Source: Minisyncoccota bacterium (GTDB taxonomy: Bacteria; Patescibacteriota; Minisyncoccia; Phycocordibacterales; Zambryskibacteraceae). From it: a DNA stretch of 64,000 nt. The stretch spans positions 25,320 to 89,319 of the forward strand of contig JAGVCW010000018.1 in NCBI GenBank assembly GCA_020059045.1, in the 5' to 3' direction. The first letter of the stretch is position 1. Each line of letters begins with the position of its first letter. This document shows positions 18,379-27,601 of this stretch, piece by piece. Below the pieces are notes generated by a model that saw nothing but the letters and a program-made list of their open reading frames with translations, was not told the origin of the DNA and ran no database searches. Made by a program: the position numbers and the translations under genes.

Positions 18379-18951
18379 ATGAACAAAAAATTAGAACAAA
18401 AAGATAAGCTCCTAGATTTTTACAAGAAGAACCGCCGAATGCCCGGTTACAAGGAGATTATGGATTTACTTGGTTTTAAGTCTAAGAATTCTGTTCACAA
18501 GCTCATTACATGGTTAGTGGAGGAGGGGATAGTGTCGAAGGATGGTCAAGGCAGGATCATCCCGAACCAAATTTACGATGAGATCCCTATTCTTGGTCTT
18601 GTTGAAGCTGGTATGCCAAGTGAAGCAGATGTAGATGAGCTCGATCGGGTAAGTCTCGAAGAGTTTCTTATCGAAGACAAAGAGAAAAGTTATCTACTCG
18701 AAGTGAAGGGCGACTCCATGATAGACGCGCATATTAGCGAAGGGGACTATGTTTTAGTTGAGCGCAAAGGTGAGCCTCGAGAAGGAGACATTGTGATTGC
18801 CGAAGTAGATGGGGGATGGACCATGAAGTATTATCGCAAGAAAGGTGGCAAGCCTTACCTTGAACCTGCAAACCGGAAGTACAAACCCATTTTCCCAACA
18901 GAGAGTTTCCACGTTGCCGCAATTGTTAAAGCTATAATTAGGAAACTCTAG
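18379..18951 (+). CDS. lexA: LexA-family transcriptional repressor (S24 peptidase)
   Basis: 190 aa with an N-terminal winged-helix domain and the cleavage-site region LVEAGMPSE. The catalytic Ser lies in GDSM and the Lys in IVIAEVDGGWTMKYYRKKG. Confidence 0.85.
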   Translation: MNKKLEQKDKLLDFYKKNRRMPGYKEIMDLLGFKSKNSVHKLITWLVEEGIVSKDGQGRIIPNQIYDEIPILGLVEAGMPSEADVDELDRVSLEEFLIEDKEKSYLLEVKGDSMIDAHISEGDYVLVERKGEPREGDIVIAEVDGGWTMKYYRKKGGKPYLEPANRKYKPIFPTESFHVAAIVKAIIRKL

Positions 18952-18994
18952 GATATAAAAAACTGCCAGAATTATGGCAGTGCTACATTAGTCA

Positions 18995-20143
18995 TTAGTT
19001 AAACATTTCCACCTGCTCGAGGTCATTTACTTTTTCCTCCTTTTCACTATGGGGAGGTTTTTTCTCCAGTGAAGGAACAAAAGGTAGAGATATCCCTGAT
19101 TGATCAAAGAGGTCAAGAGGTTTTTGCCTCTTCCCACGAATCACCACAAGACCTTGCACGTAATAATTGGCAGACGGTATTGCCCACTGACATTTCTTTT
19201 CAATAGGGCAGCGACCACATGTTCGAAAGTATCGTGTTTCCTCTGTCTTGCTCCATCGCACTATTTTTTCTGTAATTCGAGTACGACGAGCTTCGTATTT
19301 CTCTGCAATAGAGGAGGCATTCGAGGGGCTATCACGACAAAACTCACGCGAAAGGTTCCAAAGAGCGTCAGCCAACTCTAGAGTCTCAACAGAGTTATTT
19401 TGACAATATTTGAGAGTGAGTATTCTCGCTTCGCGGCTTAGTCTATTAATACTTAGGGCAGTTCCAGGCTGAGTGGAGTCCACATAGAGTATTCCAGTTG
19501 ATACTAAGTCTCGCAGAATATGGAAATCTACAGGCACAGGGTAGGGAGGTGGCTTGACAATACCTGCATCTTCAAAAAACCATGTAAGCATGCTTGCCAT
19601 CTTGTGTCGAAAGCCGAAGAATCCATGCGGTTCCTCTGGGCCAGTCCTTTTCCCACGGCGGAACAGAATCTTACAAAGGTCCTCGTAAGTTTCTGCATTC
19701 TTGTAGAAAAGCACGGGGTTACCGTCCCAGTGTCGAGCAAGCTTGTGCATGTTATGCACCCAATGCCCACTAACATTTAGAGCATCAAAACTCAATCCAT
19801 TTTTACTAAGACTGTCAAAAACGCGACTTCGCAGCTCCGAAGAATTACCATTCAAGTGTTCGAAACTTTCAGGCTCAAACATCCATTGCTCTCGATCATA
19901 AAGTTGTGACAAAGCAATAAGAGCAGTTCCACTGTCTATCTTTCCTTTCATGTAGAAACATGAAAGTTTAAGAAATCTTGCATGTTCAGTGCTTCCCCAT
20001 GGGAATGTTTTCGGGATAATTTTCGGTCCCTGAACCCTTACTACATTATCGTATGGGGGGAGCTTGTTTCGCCAAGCATGTAGGAGAATGCCGAATACCT
20101 CATCGGCCAACTCCCAGTTAGTTTGGATTGCCGGTGCGCTCAC
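18995..20143 (-). CDS. endonuclease III-like HhH-GPD DNA glycosylase/lyase, atypically long
   Basis: 382 aa. The segment FGFRHKMASML...PVPVDFHILRDL parallels EndoIII GVGRKTANVV...AVDTHIFRV (HhH Lys and catalytic Asp). A C-terminal Cys cluster CGRCPIEKKC is present (C-x2-C-x5-C). Confidence 0.5.
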   Translation of the reverse strand: MSAPAIQTNWELADEVFGILLHAWRNKLPPYDNVVRVQGPKIIPKTFPWGSTEHARFLKLSCFYMKGKIDSGTALIALSQLYDREQWMFEPESFEHLNGNSSELRSRVFDSLSKNGLSFDALNVSGHWVHNMHKLARHWDGNPVLFYKNAETYEDLCKILFRRGKRTGPEEPHGFFGFRHKMASMLTWFFEDAGIVKPPPYPVPVDFHILRDLVSTGILYVDSTQPGTALSINRLSREARILTLKYCQNNSVETLELADALWNLSREFCRDSPSNASSIAEKYEARRTRITEKIVRWSKTEETRYFRTCGRCPIEKKCQWAIPSANYYVQGLVVIRGKRQKPLDLFDQSGISLPFVPSLEKKPPHSEKEEKVNDLEQVEMFN

Positions 20144-20273
20144 TTCTAGTCTCGGTTGTGAAGGTTCAATGGTCTTTTTACATTATATGTGTCATGCCTC
20201 GATTGTCCACTTCAAGGAATGGTTTTAAATACATATAATATTTGCTAGACACGTCCTTTAAAATGGAGCTTCG

Positions 20274-21095
20274 ATGGCAAGAGAACCTGCAGTTGCTAGT
20301 CGTAACCAAGATGGAAGACCTCACTTAAGTGATAGTGAGCGTACGCGGATAGCGAAAAATAGTTGGAAGAGAACTATGCGTAAAAATACAATGGGCACCG
20401 TAGGCGACTTCGGACAGAACATTGTCGCCGAACTGCTTGATTGCAGTATCTCTCCCCGTGGCAACACAGATTTTGCAGATCTTTTTAGCGAAAATCTGGG
20501 TATCCGAGTGGAAGTTAAGACTTGTGACAACAACCACAGGTTTGTATTCAAGCATAAGCAGTTACGCGGTTATCAAGATGAAGACTCAGTTCCGTTCCCC
20601 ATAAGTGATACGTTGTACGCACTTCTGGGGTACCGAAACAGAAAATCTATAAAAGATCATAAGCTGAGACCAAAGCGTCTTCGTTCGAAGACTTTTTCCG
20701 AACTCGCGAGGTTACTACTTCCTGGTGAACAAGCGCAATATCTTGCGGATCGTGTTGACGAGCTCTATCTTCTTGACCTTGATGTTGTGACAGCACTTGA
20801 GGACATTCTACCTACAAGTACCAATTACTTTCCTGGACATCAGGGCAAAACTTCAATGAGTGCTGGTAGGAGTGAATTGAGGAGTCTCTTCAGAGACAGT
20901 GATTTTTCTCGCCTCTGCAGGACACTAAAGCTCAAAGAGTGCTCTTGGGTTCGAGAAATTCTTCCCATCTCTCGACCGGTTTCAATAGGGGACCTGACAT
21001 TTACAGTGGAGTACCGTCTCATAGCTCTTTTGAAGAAAAGTACATACAAGATGCTTCTCCAGACGCTCCGTTCCAAGGCCCAATTACCACAGTAG
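20274..21095 (+). CDS. hypothetical protein with a PD-(D/E)xK nuclease-like motif
   Basis: 273 aa. The motif GDFGQNIVAELLDC...TDFADLFSENLGIRVEVKTCD follows the D...(E)VK pattern of restriction-endonuclease-fold nucleases. It is divergent from the EndoIII-like gene. Confidence 0.4.
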   Translation: MAREPAVASRNQDGRPHLSDSERTRIAKNSWKRTMRKNTMGTVGDFGQNIVAELLDCSISPRGNTDFADLFSENLGIRVEVKTCDNNHRFVFKHKQLRGYQDEDSVPFPISDTLYALLGYRNRKSIKDHKLRPKRLRSKTFSELARLLLPGEQAQYLADRVDELYLLDLDVVTALEDILPTSTNYFPGHQGKTSMSAGRSELRSLFRDSDFSRLCRTLKLKECSWVREILPISRPVSIGDLTFTVEYRLIALLKKSTYKMLLQTLRSKAQLPQ

Positions 21096-21393
21096 TTTGG
21101 GTCTTTTTAATATATTTGTGATTAATACTAGGTAGCCTTAAATAGACAAAATAGGATGACTATGACATATAGACAGGGTAGGGGAGTTGTGTTCTAGCAT
21201 TGCTATCCACATTTTAAAGATGCAATAAAAAAGAGATAATAGATGAAACCAGTTGCGGGGTTTAGTTAAAAGATAAACATTAAGATCCTATGAACACAGA
21301 AGAATATACAAGTAGTAACACTGTTTCATTCTCCGATTTACCAGACGTCGAGGACCCCGCAAACCAATACATCTGTGAATCCTGTGCATAAAG

Positions 21394-21424
21394 AAAAATC
21401 CTGACTCGTAGTCAGGGTTTTTTG
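21394..21424. terminator. bidirectional intrinsic terminator
   Basis: AAAAATCCTGACtcgtaGTCAGGGTTTTTTG, directly at the 3' end of the 21412-21699 minus gene. Confidence 0.6.
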
Positions 21425-21699
21425 TCATTGTTTCCATTTTTGTAAAGCCTTTTAAAGTAGTTTACAGTTGTCTTCATCTCAAGCTTCCAAAGCGGTAGAA
21501 ACATTCGAAAGAAAACTGAAAACAAGAGAAAGGCGAGTAGTGCAAGAATTGTAAGAGCAATCCCATAGAGAGGTCGTCTCTCAAAAACTATCACAAGCAG
21601 CAGAAGTCCGGTCCCTGTTGCAAGGCTTGCAGTATTGAGCAATGCTAGCCATGTGTAGCGAAGCTGGTAGAGTAGTCCATGTTGGTTGACTCTGCTCAT
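21412..21699 (-). CDS. small 2-TM membrane protein
   Basis: 95 aa, hydrophobic. Confidence 0.4.
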   Translation of the reverse strand: MSRVNQHGLLYQLRYTWLALLNTASLATGTGLLLLVIVFERRPLYGIALTILALLAFLLFSVFFRMFLPLWKLEMKTTVNYFKRLYKNGNNDKKP

Positions 21700-22129
21700 T
21701 TGTTCTCGACGGCTTGAAGTGTTGAAGTAAAAGAGCGGAAAGAAAATCTAAACTAACTATAGCTATATTTTATTTTATGTCCATTTTAAAACTAAAGGTA
21801 TATTTGGTAGATCCTTAAAGGGAAGTGATTTTAGTAGGAGCTTCCTAAGTATATGAACGTCGCACAATATATCTTTTACGACATTAAACTAGGTACATAA
21901 GATCGAGCCACTCCCCTAGTAACAAAAAAAATAAAAAAGAGGATTTATATTTTATGTACTTATTTAATTTAATTCCCCATCAATCAAGCAGGTCTTCCCA
22001 CCACTTAAACGTGTAATGCAAAAAAATGTACATTGGTACGTAAATTGGAGCCAACAGGAAAAATATGACAATTTTGGCTGTTTTCATTTTAGAACCTGTT
22101 ATATTACTTATTTTAAAATTTCTGTCTAA

Positions 22130-22414
22130 CTAGCTCTGGCCATCTACCCAACCCTTCATAGCGTCGAAGATTATAACGGCATATTTCCAGAAAATTCCGA
22201 CAATAACTGTGTTCCAAACATAAAGTACAGGTCCTGCAAGGAACTTTTCCCATACGAGAATTATAAATTTCTTAATATAACTAAAAACAGCAATCACTTC
22301 TGGTGAATTCAAAAAATCAATAATATTCCAATTAAAAAAGTATTTAGCGAGCGCCAAAGCAAATATGAGTACAAGTATTATGCCAATAAATCCTTTTTGA
22401 TTATTACTTTTCAT
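22130..22414 (-). CDS. small membrane protein
   Basis: 94 aa, hydrophobic, 4 nt upstream of the M23 peptidase gene. Confidence 0.4.
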   Translation of the reverse strand: MKSNNQKGFIGIILVLIFALALAKYFFNWNIIDFLNSPEVIAVFSYIKKFIILVWEKFLAGPVLYVWNTVIVGIFWKYAVIIFDAMKGWVDGQS

Positions 22415-22419
22415 TTGTA

Positions 22420-23733
22420 TTATAGTGGTGGCAAATATATAAGTGGGTCGAGATATGCGTTTGAGCTTGCCACAGGAATATCGACTTGTTTGCAGAAATT
22501 GCTCTGTGCATATTTCTGAATTCGTACTCCTTCAGAAGCATATAAACCTAGGTGAAGATGCGGGCCAGTTGAGTATCCTGAGCCATTTACGCCCGGCTGG
22601 CCACCACTGTATCCAATAATTTCTCCACCACTAACACTTTGGCCTACCGTGACTCTTGTGGTTGAGAGGTGGGCATAGAGGCTAGAAAGACCGTTAGGGT
22701 GCTTTATGAGGACCCAGCGACCATATGAATAGCATCCAGCCTGATCATCTGTGTTTCCAGCACCCTCTACTACCCCACTAAGAACCGATTTTACTGCAGT
22801 CCCCATAGATGCCCTGAAGTCGACTCCATTATGTGTTCCAGATACATATAATCTCTTTGAGTCCACCGTTTTGCCAAATCTCTGTGTTATAAGTACATTA
22901 TCAAGTGGCCAGCTAAGCACCCCTTCACGGACAGTAGGTAGCTTGCTTTTGTCTATTGCAAATTGGAGCTCAGATTCAAACATAAAGAGTTCTTGCTCAA
23001 ACTTCTTACCAAGCTCAATGTTTCTCTCAAGCATTTTCTTGTATTCACTTTCTTTGTTTTTTGTTTGTGACAAAAGTGTTGATTGAGCTTTCTTGCTTTG
23101 CTCCACAACCACTTTCTTGTCCGAAAGTTCCCCTTTGTAATCTACTAATTCAACTTTATGACTCTCGTTTTCTGTCTTTTTTTCCTCGAGATCATCCTTT
23201 AATCCGCCCAGTTCTCGCGTTCTCTGCCTGATAGTTTCCTGGAACCTTTTTAGCGTCTCTACACCATCCCATACCTGACTTACATTTTTGTACTGTAGTA
23301 GGTCCTCGAGGAGCGATCTTCGCTCAGATTCATACAAATTTCGTAGGCTTTCAGATATTGCGTCTTGGTTCGTCTTTATACTTTCCTGTGTATCGGTTAT
23401 TTCAAATCCAAGTTTCTGTATGGACAGCTCAGTGCTTGAAATTTTAGTTTGCGTTACTTTCAGATCATTTTCCAATTTCTTCTGTGTCGTTTCAAGACTC
23501 TTAACTGCACCCTGTAGTGTCGCAGCTTGTTTTGCTGTTTCTGCAATTTGGGCCTCAAGTTTTTTGTTCTCTTCCTCTATCCGAGCTTTTTCAAGTCGCT
23601 TTGCCTCAATTTGTAACTTGAGCTCATCGATTGTTAGTGCATGTGCCACGGGTAGCGCATGCATGTCTAATGTCGCACAATATGTGGTCAAAATAGTAAA
23701 CGCAATAATAAATATAAATGTTTTATTTCTCAT
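22420..23733 (-). CDS. M23 family metallopeptidase with a long N-terminal coiled coil (EnvC/LytM-like)
   Basis: 437 aa with a signal peptide and an extended coiled-coil. The C-terminus carries HNGVDFRASMGTAV and GPHLHLGLY, the M23 HxxxD and HxH motifs. Confidence 0.85.
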   Translation of the reverse strand: MRNKTFIFIIAFTILTTYCATLDMHALPVAHALTIDELKLQIEAKRLEKARIEEENKKLEAQIAETAKQAATLQGAVKSLETTQKKLENDLKVTQTKISSTELSIQKLGFEITDTQESIKTNQDAISESLRNLYESERRSLLEDLLQYKNVSQVWDGVETLKRFQETIRQRTRELGGLKDDLEEKKTENESHKVELVDYKGELSDKKVVVEQSKKAQSTLLSQTKNKESEYKKMLERNIELGKKFEQELFMFESELQFAIDKSKLPTVREGVLSWPLDNVLITQRFGKTVDSKRLYVSGTHNGVDFRASMGTAVKSVLSGVVEGAGNTDDQAGCYSYGRWVLIKHPNGLSSLYAHLSTTRVTVGQSVSGGEIIGYSGGQPGVNGSGYSTGPHLHLGLYASEGVRIQKYAQSNFCKQVDIPVASSNAYLDPLIYLPPL

Positions 23734-25102
23734 TTTTTAAAATATCATTTGCTGCACTAAGTCTTTTCAGCGTTTCCTCCTTTCCAAGTATAGTAGCAAG
23801 GGTAAACGGATCAGGTGACTTCTGCATTCCAGACAAGGCGTACCGTATAGGCCAGAGCACACTGCCCTTTCCCTCACTTTCAGCATACGGCCACACCACT
23901 TCCTTAATTTTATCAGCTGTCCAGTCATTCTCTGGAATATCGGTAAGAAGTATTATGACTCTCTCTATATGACGCAAAGTGTTAGCAAAATCTTTCTCCC
24001 CCTTCCACGTGAGATCTCTTGCAGTATACTTGGGTGTCCTTAATACATAATCAAACTCACCGTTATCAATTAACTGTGTTACTTCGCCCCATACTGAAAT
24101 ACGTTCAAATATGATTGGAATAATTTTTTCAATTCTTCCCTCGTCAACATCAACCCCTTCGTTTTTTATTCTTAGGGATTTGTTAATCCAATTTTTGATT
24201 TCAGAATTTACTACATCCAGGGGTAATCTTTTCAAATGCTCTTTATTTATCCACTTAAGCTTGAGAACGTCGAAGACAGCACTTCCCTTCTGGACACGCA
24301 GAATGTCAAAGATCTGAGTAATCTCATCGAGGGTAAAAATTTCTCTATCATCACCAGGGTTCCATCCAAGAAGTGAGAAATAGTTTAGTAAAGCTTCAGG
24401 TTGGTAACCCTCCTCCTTGTATGTATCAAGCCATACCACCGCACCGTGCTTTCTCTTAGAGAGCTTTGCCCTGCTCGAGTCAACTATTAGGGGCAAGTGA
24501 GCGTATTCCGGCCTTTTTGCCCCAATTGCCTCCTGAATAAGGATTTGCCTTGGTGTGTTTGAAATATGATCGTCCCCACGGATAACATGCGTAACTTTCA
24601 TTTCATGGTCATCTACAACTACTGCCAGGTGGTATAGAGGCTCCTCCGGACTACGTGCTATAACAAAGTCCAGAAGCTCCGTAGTGTCAAATGTTACCTC
24701 CCCTCGTATAAGATCATTAAAGGTAATTTTTTTATTTGGATTTTTGAATCTCACTACAGACTCCCTTTGTCCAGGTTCTGTGGGAGTTTCTTTAGATATA
24801 TATGCAGATCCATTTTCTATCATTCTTTTTACATAATCTACATAAATGTCCCCTCTTTCAGATTGACGATAAAATTCGTCATGCTGAAGTCCAAGCCACA
24901 AAAGACCAGTAAGAATATTTTCCTCAAACTCCTTGGTCGAGCGTTCCTTGTCAGTGTCTTCAATGCGCAAAATAAACTTACCACCATATTTTTTTGCAAA
25001 CAAAAAATTATATAGAGTCGTGCGTGCGGTCCCAATATGCAAGTTACCCGTTGGCGATGGTGCCATTCGAACTACTATTTTTTTATCAGTGTCTTTGCTC
25101 AT
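23723..25102 (-). CDS. gltX: glutamyl-tRNA synthetase
   Basis: 459 aa class I aaRS. It has a HIGH-type motif (PSPTGNLHIGTAR), a KMSKS-type motif (KLSKRK) and GluRS architecture. Confidence 0.92.
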   Translation of the reverse strand: MSKDTDKKIVVRMAPSPTGNLHIGTARTTLYNFLFAKKYGGKFILRIEDTDKERSTKEFEENILTGLLWLGLQHDEFYRQSERGDIYVDYVKRMIENGSAYISKETPTEPGQRESVVRFKNPNKKITFNDLIRGEVTFDTTELLDFVIARSPEEPLYHLAVVVDDHEMKVTHVIRGDDHISNTPRQILIQEAIGAKRPEYAHLPLIVDSSRAKLSKRKHGAVVWLDTYKEEGYQPEALLNYFSLLGWNPGDDREIFTLDEITQIFDILRVQKGSAVFDVLKLKWINKEHLKRLPLDVVNSEIKNWINKSLRIKNEGVDVDEGRIEKIIPIIFERISVWGEVTQLIDNGEFDYVLRTPKYTARDLTWKGEKDFANTLRHIERVIILLTDIPENDWTADKIKEVVWPYAESEGKGSVLWPIRYALSGMQKSPDPFTLATILGKEETLKRLSAANDILKNEK

Positions 25103-25134
25103 TGCTTCTTATTACTATCTACTTCACTACTACA

Positions 25135-26262
25135 CTAGCCTTCATGCCTAAGTGCAATCTTGAGTATTTCATCAGCAATTTTCCGGGCTGCATCAGGTTT
25201 TACAAATAATTTCGCTGACTCCTTCATTTTAGATATGATCTCGGGTGCCCCAAGAATTCTTGAAACTTCTGCAAATAAAATATTTCCGGTAAGATTATTT
25301 TCCTCAATTACTTCTGAGCTTCCGGTACGTGCGTAAGCAAAGGCATTTTTCGTTTGATCGTGGCTCACCTCCTCGGGGATAGGTATCATAATGGACGGGA
25401 TGCCCCACGCCGCAACCTCAAATATTGCTGACCCTGCTCTCGATATAACCAAATTTGCTGCTCCAGCAGCCGAACGCAATGTTAGGGCATCGAGATAGCT
25501 GTATGGGCGGTACCTGTCCTTGTGCTCACTTTGAAAGAGTACCGCCTCAGCCACCTTCTTAACTTCCTCAAAGTTTCCTTTGCCAGTCTGATGAACAACT
25601 TGGTACTTCTCTACTAGCCTTGGAAGAACTTCAAGCAGGGCCTCATTTATCCTCTTTGATCCAAGTGATCCGCCAAGTATAAGAATAGTGGAAAGTAGAG
25701 GGTCAAGTTTTAGAAATTCATGAGCATTCGTTGCAAGTGGCATGAAGAATTCCTTCCTAATGGGGTGCCCAGTATGTGCAACTTTCTCCATTGGGAAATA
25801 TGCTGCAGCTTCACCATACGAAACTGCAATCCGGGTTGCAAATTTACCTGCCCATTTACTTACTTTGCCAGGTCGAGTATCTGATTCGTGAATAACAACT
25901 GGAATTCTAAGTATTCTTGCCGCAAATAGTGCTGGGAAACTCGCATACCCTCCCTTGCCAAACACAACATCAGGGTATATCAAGAATATTTCCCAAATGG
26001 ATTTTATAACTCCCCACCCGGTTTTAAACAGGTCAAAGAAGTTCATTATCGAGAAATATCTTCGAATTTTACCAGCGTAGTTCTTCTTGTAAATTATGTT
26101 GTTATTAAAAAGAACTCCCGCATTGTATGGTGAGGGTGACATATAGTAGAGTTCCACATCTACAAGTTTATTTTCTCGGACAATCTGGTTCAGCTCCTCG
26201 GCAATTGCAATAATCGGGTAAAAATGCCCGCCTGACCCCCCTCCTGTAAATAAGATCTTCAT
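25135..26262 (-). CDS. murG: undecaprenyl-PP-MurNAc-pentapeptide-UDP-GlcNAc GlcNAc transferase
   Basis: 375 aa. The N-terminal MKILFTGGGSGGHFYPIIAIAEEL is the GT28 MurG hallmark. Confidence 0.92.
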   Translation of the reverse strand: MKILFTGGGSGGHFYPIIAIAEELNQIVRENKLVDVELYYMSPSPYNAGVLFNNNIIYKKNYAGKIRRYFSIMNFFDLFKTGWGVIKSIWEIFLIYPDVVFGKGGYASFPALFAARILRIPVVIHESDTRPGKVSKWAGKFATRIAVSYGEAAAYFPMEKVAHTGHPIRKEFFMPLATNAHEFLKLDPLLSTILILGGSLGSKRINEALLEVLPRLVEKYQVVHQTGKGNFEEVKKVAEAVLFQSEHKDRYRPYSYLDALTLRSAAGAANLVISRAGSAIFEVAAWGIPSIMIPIPEEVSHDQTKNAFAYARTGSSEVIEENNLTGNILFAEVSRILGAPEIISKMKESAKLFVKPDAARKIADEILKIALRHEG

Positions 26263-26385
26263 CCCGTTAGAAGTAAGGAGTCGTGAGACTCCTGTTTTGT
26301 TAGTATAGTAAATAAAACGCTATCTCGAGTATCTGGCACATACAAATTTATCGTTGTTTTAAAGCACAACCACTTCTAACGGGAT
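26261..26385 (-). repeat. TIR-bounded ~125 bp element, copy 1, oriented so that its terminal repeat ends in the murG ATG
   Basis: ATCCCGTTAGA at 26261-26271 and TCTAACGGGAT at 26375-26385. On the minus strand the sequence reads ...CCTTACTTCTAACGGG-ATG-AAG, the murG start. An internal hairpin CAGGAGTCtcacGACTCCT is present. It shares the blocks GATAAATTTGTAT.TG.CAGAT and TTTTATTTA with copy 2. Confidence 0.7.
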
Positions 26386-26428
26386 GAATCCCGTTAGATC
26401 CTCATTTTAACATATAATTTTGGCACTT

Positions 26429-27538
26429 TTAGCTCACTTTCTTTTGTCCTTTAGATATATTTAATATTATGCCGACTTCAGCCAGGGTAAAGAAAAGAGC
26501 TGTCCCCCCATGGCTCACAAAAGGCAGTGGGTTTCCAGTAAGCGGCAAAATCCCAAGCATCGCACCCATATTGAGAAATGCTTGGGAAACAATTAGTGCA
26601 ACAATTCCAACTATTAAATATTTACCAAACGGGTCCGTGGTCCTTGCTGCAATTTTGAGCCCACGTAAACCAAACAGTACAAACATCGCAACTATTGCAA
26701 TAGTTCCAGTAAAGCCGAATTCCTCACCAGCCACAGCAAATATAGAGTCACCTGTTGGTTCGGGCAGAAAGTTGAATTTTTGAATACTTTGGCCGAAACC
26801 TCTTCCAGTTAATCCACCAGAACCTATTGCAATGAGAGATTGTTGGATCTGGTAACTTGAAGTAAGACCATTTTCCGCAGGATTAATAAACGTTTGAATT
26901 CTTTGTTTGATATATGGTCTTGCACTAATGATTATTCCCACACATAGCACACCAATGAGAAACACAGGTATCATATGGCGCCACTTTCCACCCGCTGTAA
27001 GAAATATAGCAAACCCAGCTAGCGCAGTTATTGCGAGTACATCAGTATCAGGTTGGCTAAGGAGCACTATGGCAACAAGTCCGAGAATTACAAGCATAGG
27101 GAGAAGCCCATATTTTATGGTAGTAACTTTGTCCTTAATCCCCGCTACCCATGCAGACATATAAACTACAAAAGAAATTTTCAAAAGTTCAGATGGTTGG
27201 AAAGAGAATCCGAACAAGTGTAGCCACCTGTGTGCTCCTCCATGCTCAAATCCTATACCCGGGACAAACACTAGTACAGAAAGAATAAGTGATAAGCCAA
27301 AGGCGATAAATGACACCTTTCTCCAGAACCGGTACGGTATGCGCGATGTAATTATTAAAGCGAGAGTCCCTAGAAATAAACCGAAAAATGTTTGAGAAAA
27401 CGTTGCGCTTGAGTATCTGTCGCCTCCTTTTGCAAGTAGACCAAGTGATGCAGAGCTAAATATGAAAAAACCTACAACAATTAGTGCAATAACAGAGAAC
27501 AAAAACATTCTGTCGAAGCTTTTAGACATCGCATTCAT
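26429..27538 (-). CDS. ftsW: SEDS-family peptidoglycan polymerase FtsW/RodA
   Basis: 369 aa, 10 TM, with the conserved SEDS C-terminal region (PLPFVSHGGTALFFTL). Confidence 0.88.
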   Translation of the reverse strand: MNAMSKSFDRMFLFSVIALIVVGFFIFSSASLGLLAKGGDRYSSATFSQTFFGLFLGTLALIITSRIPYRFWRKVSFIAFGLSLILSVLVFVPGIGFEHGGAHRWLHLFGFSFQPSELLKISFVVYMSAWVAGIKDKVTTIKYGLLPMLVILGLVAIVLLSQPDTDVLAITALAGFAIFLTAGGKWRHMIPVFLIGVLCVGIIISARPYIKQRIQTFINPAENGLTSSYQIQQSLIAIGSGGLTGRGFGQSIQKFNFLPEPTGDSIFAVAGEEFGFTGTIAIVAMFVLFGLRGLKIAARTTDPFGKYLIVGIVALIVSQAFLNMGAMLGILPLTGNPLPFVSHGGTALFFTLAEVGIILNISKGQKKVS

Positions 27539-27555
27539 TATAGTATGAATGTTTA

Positions 27556-27584
27556 ATAAAAAAACTGCTAAGTTACAGCAGTTA
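27556..27584 (-). terminator. intrinsic terminator (minus strand)
   Basis: On the minus strand, AACTGCTgtaacttAGCAGTT is followed by TTTTTTT. Confidence 0.6.
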
Positions 27585-27601
27585 GTACCTCGAAAGTCCG
27601 C

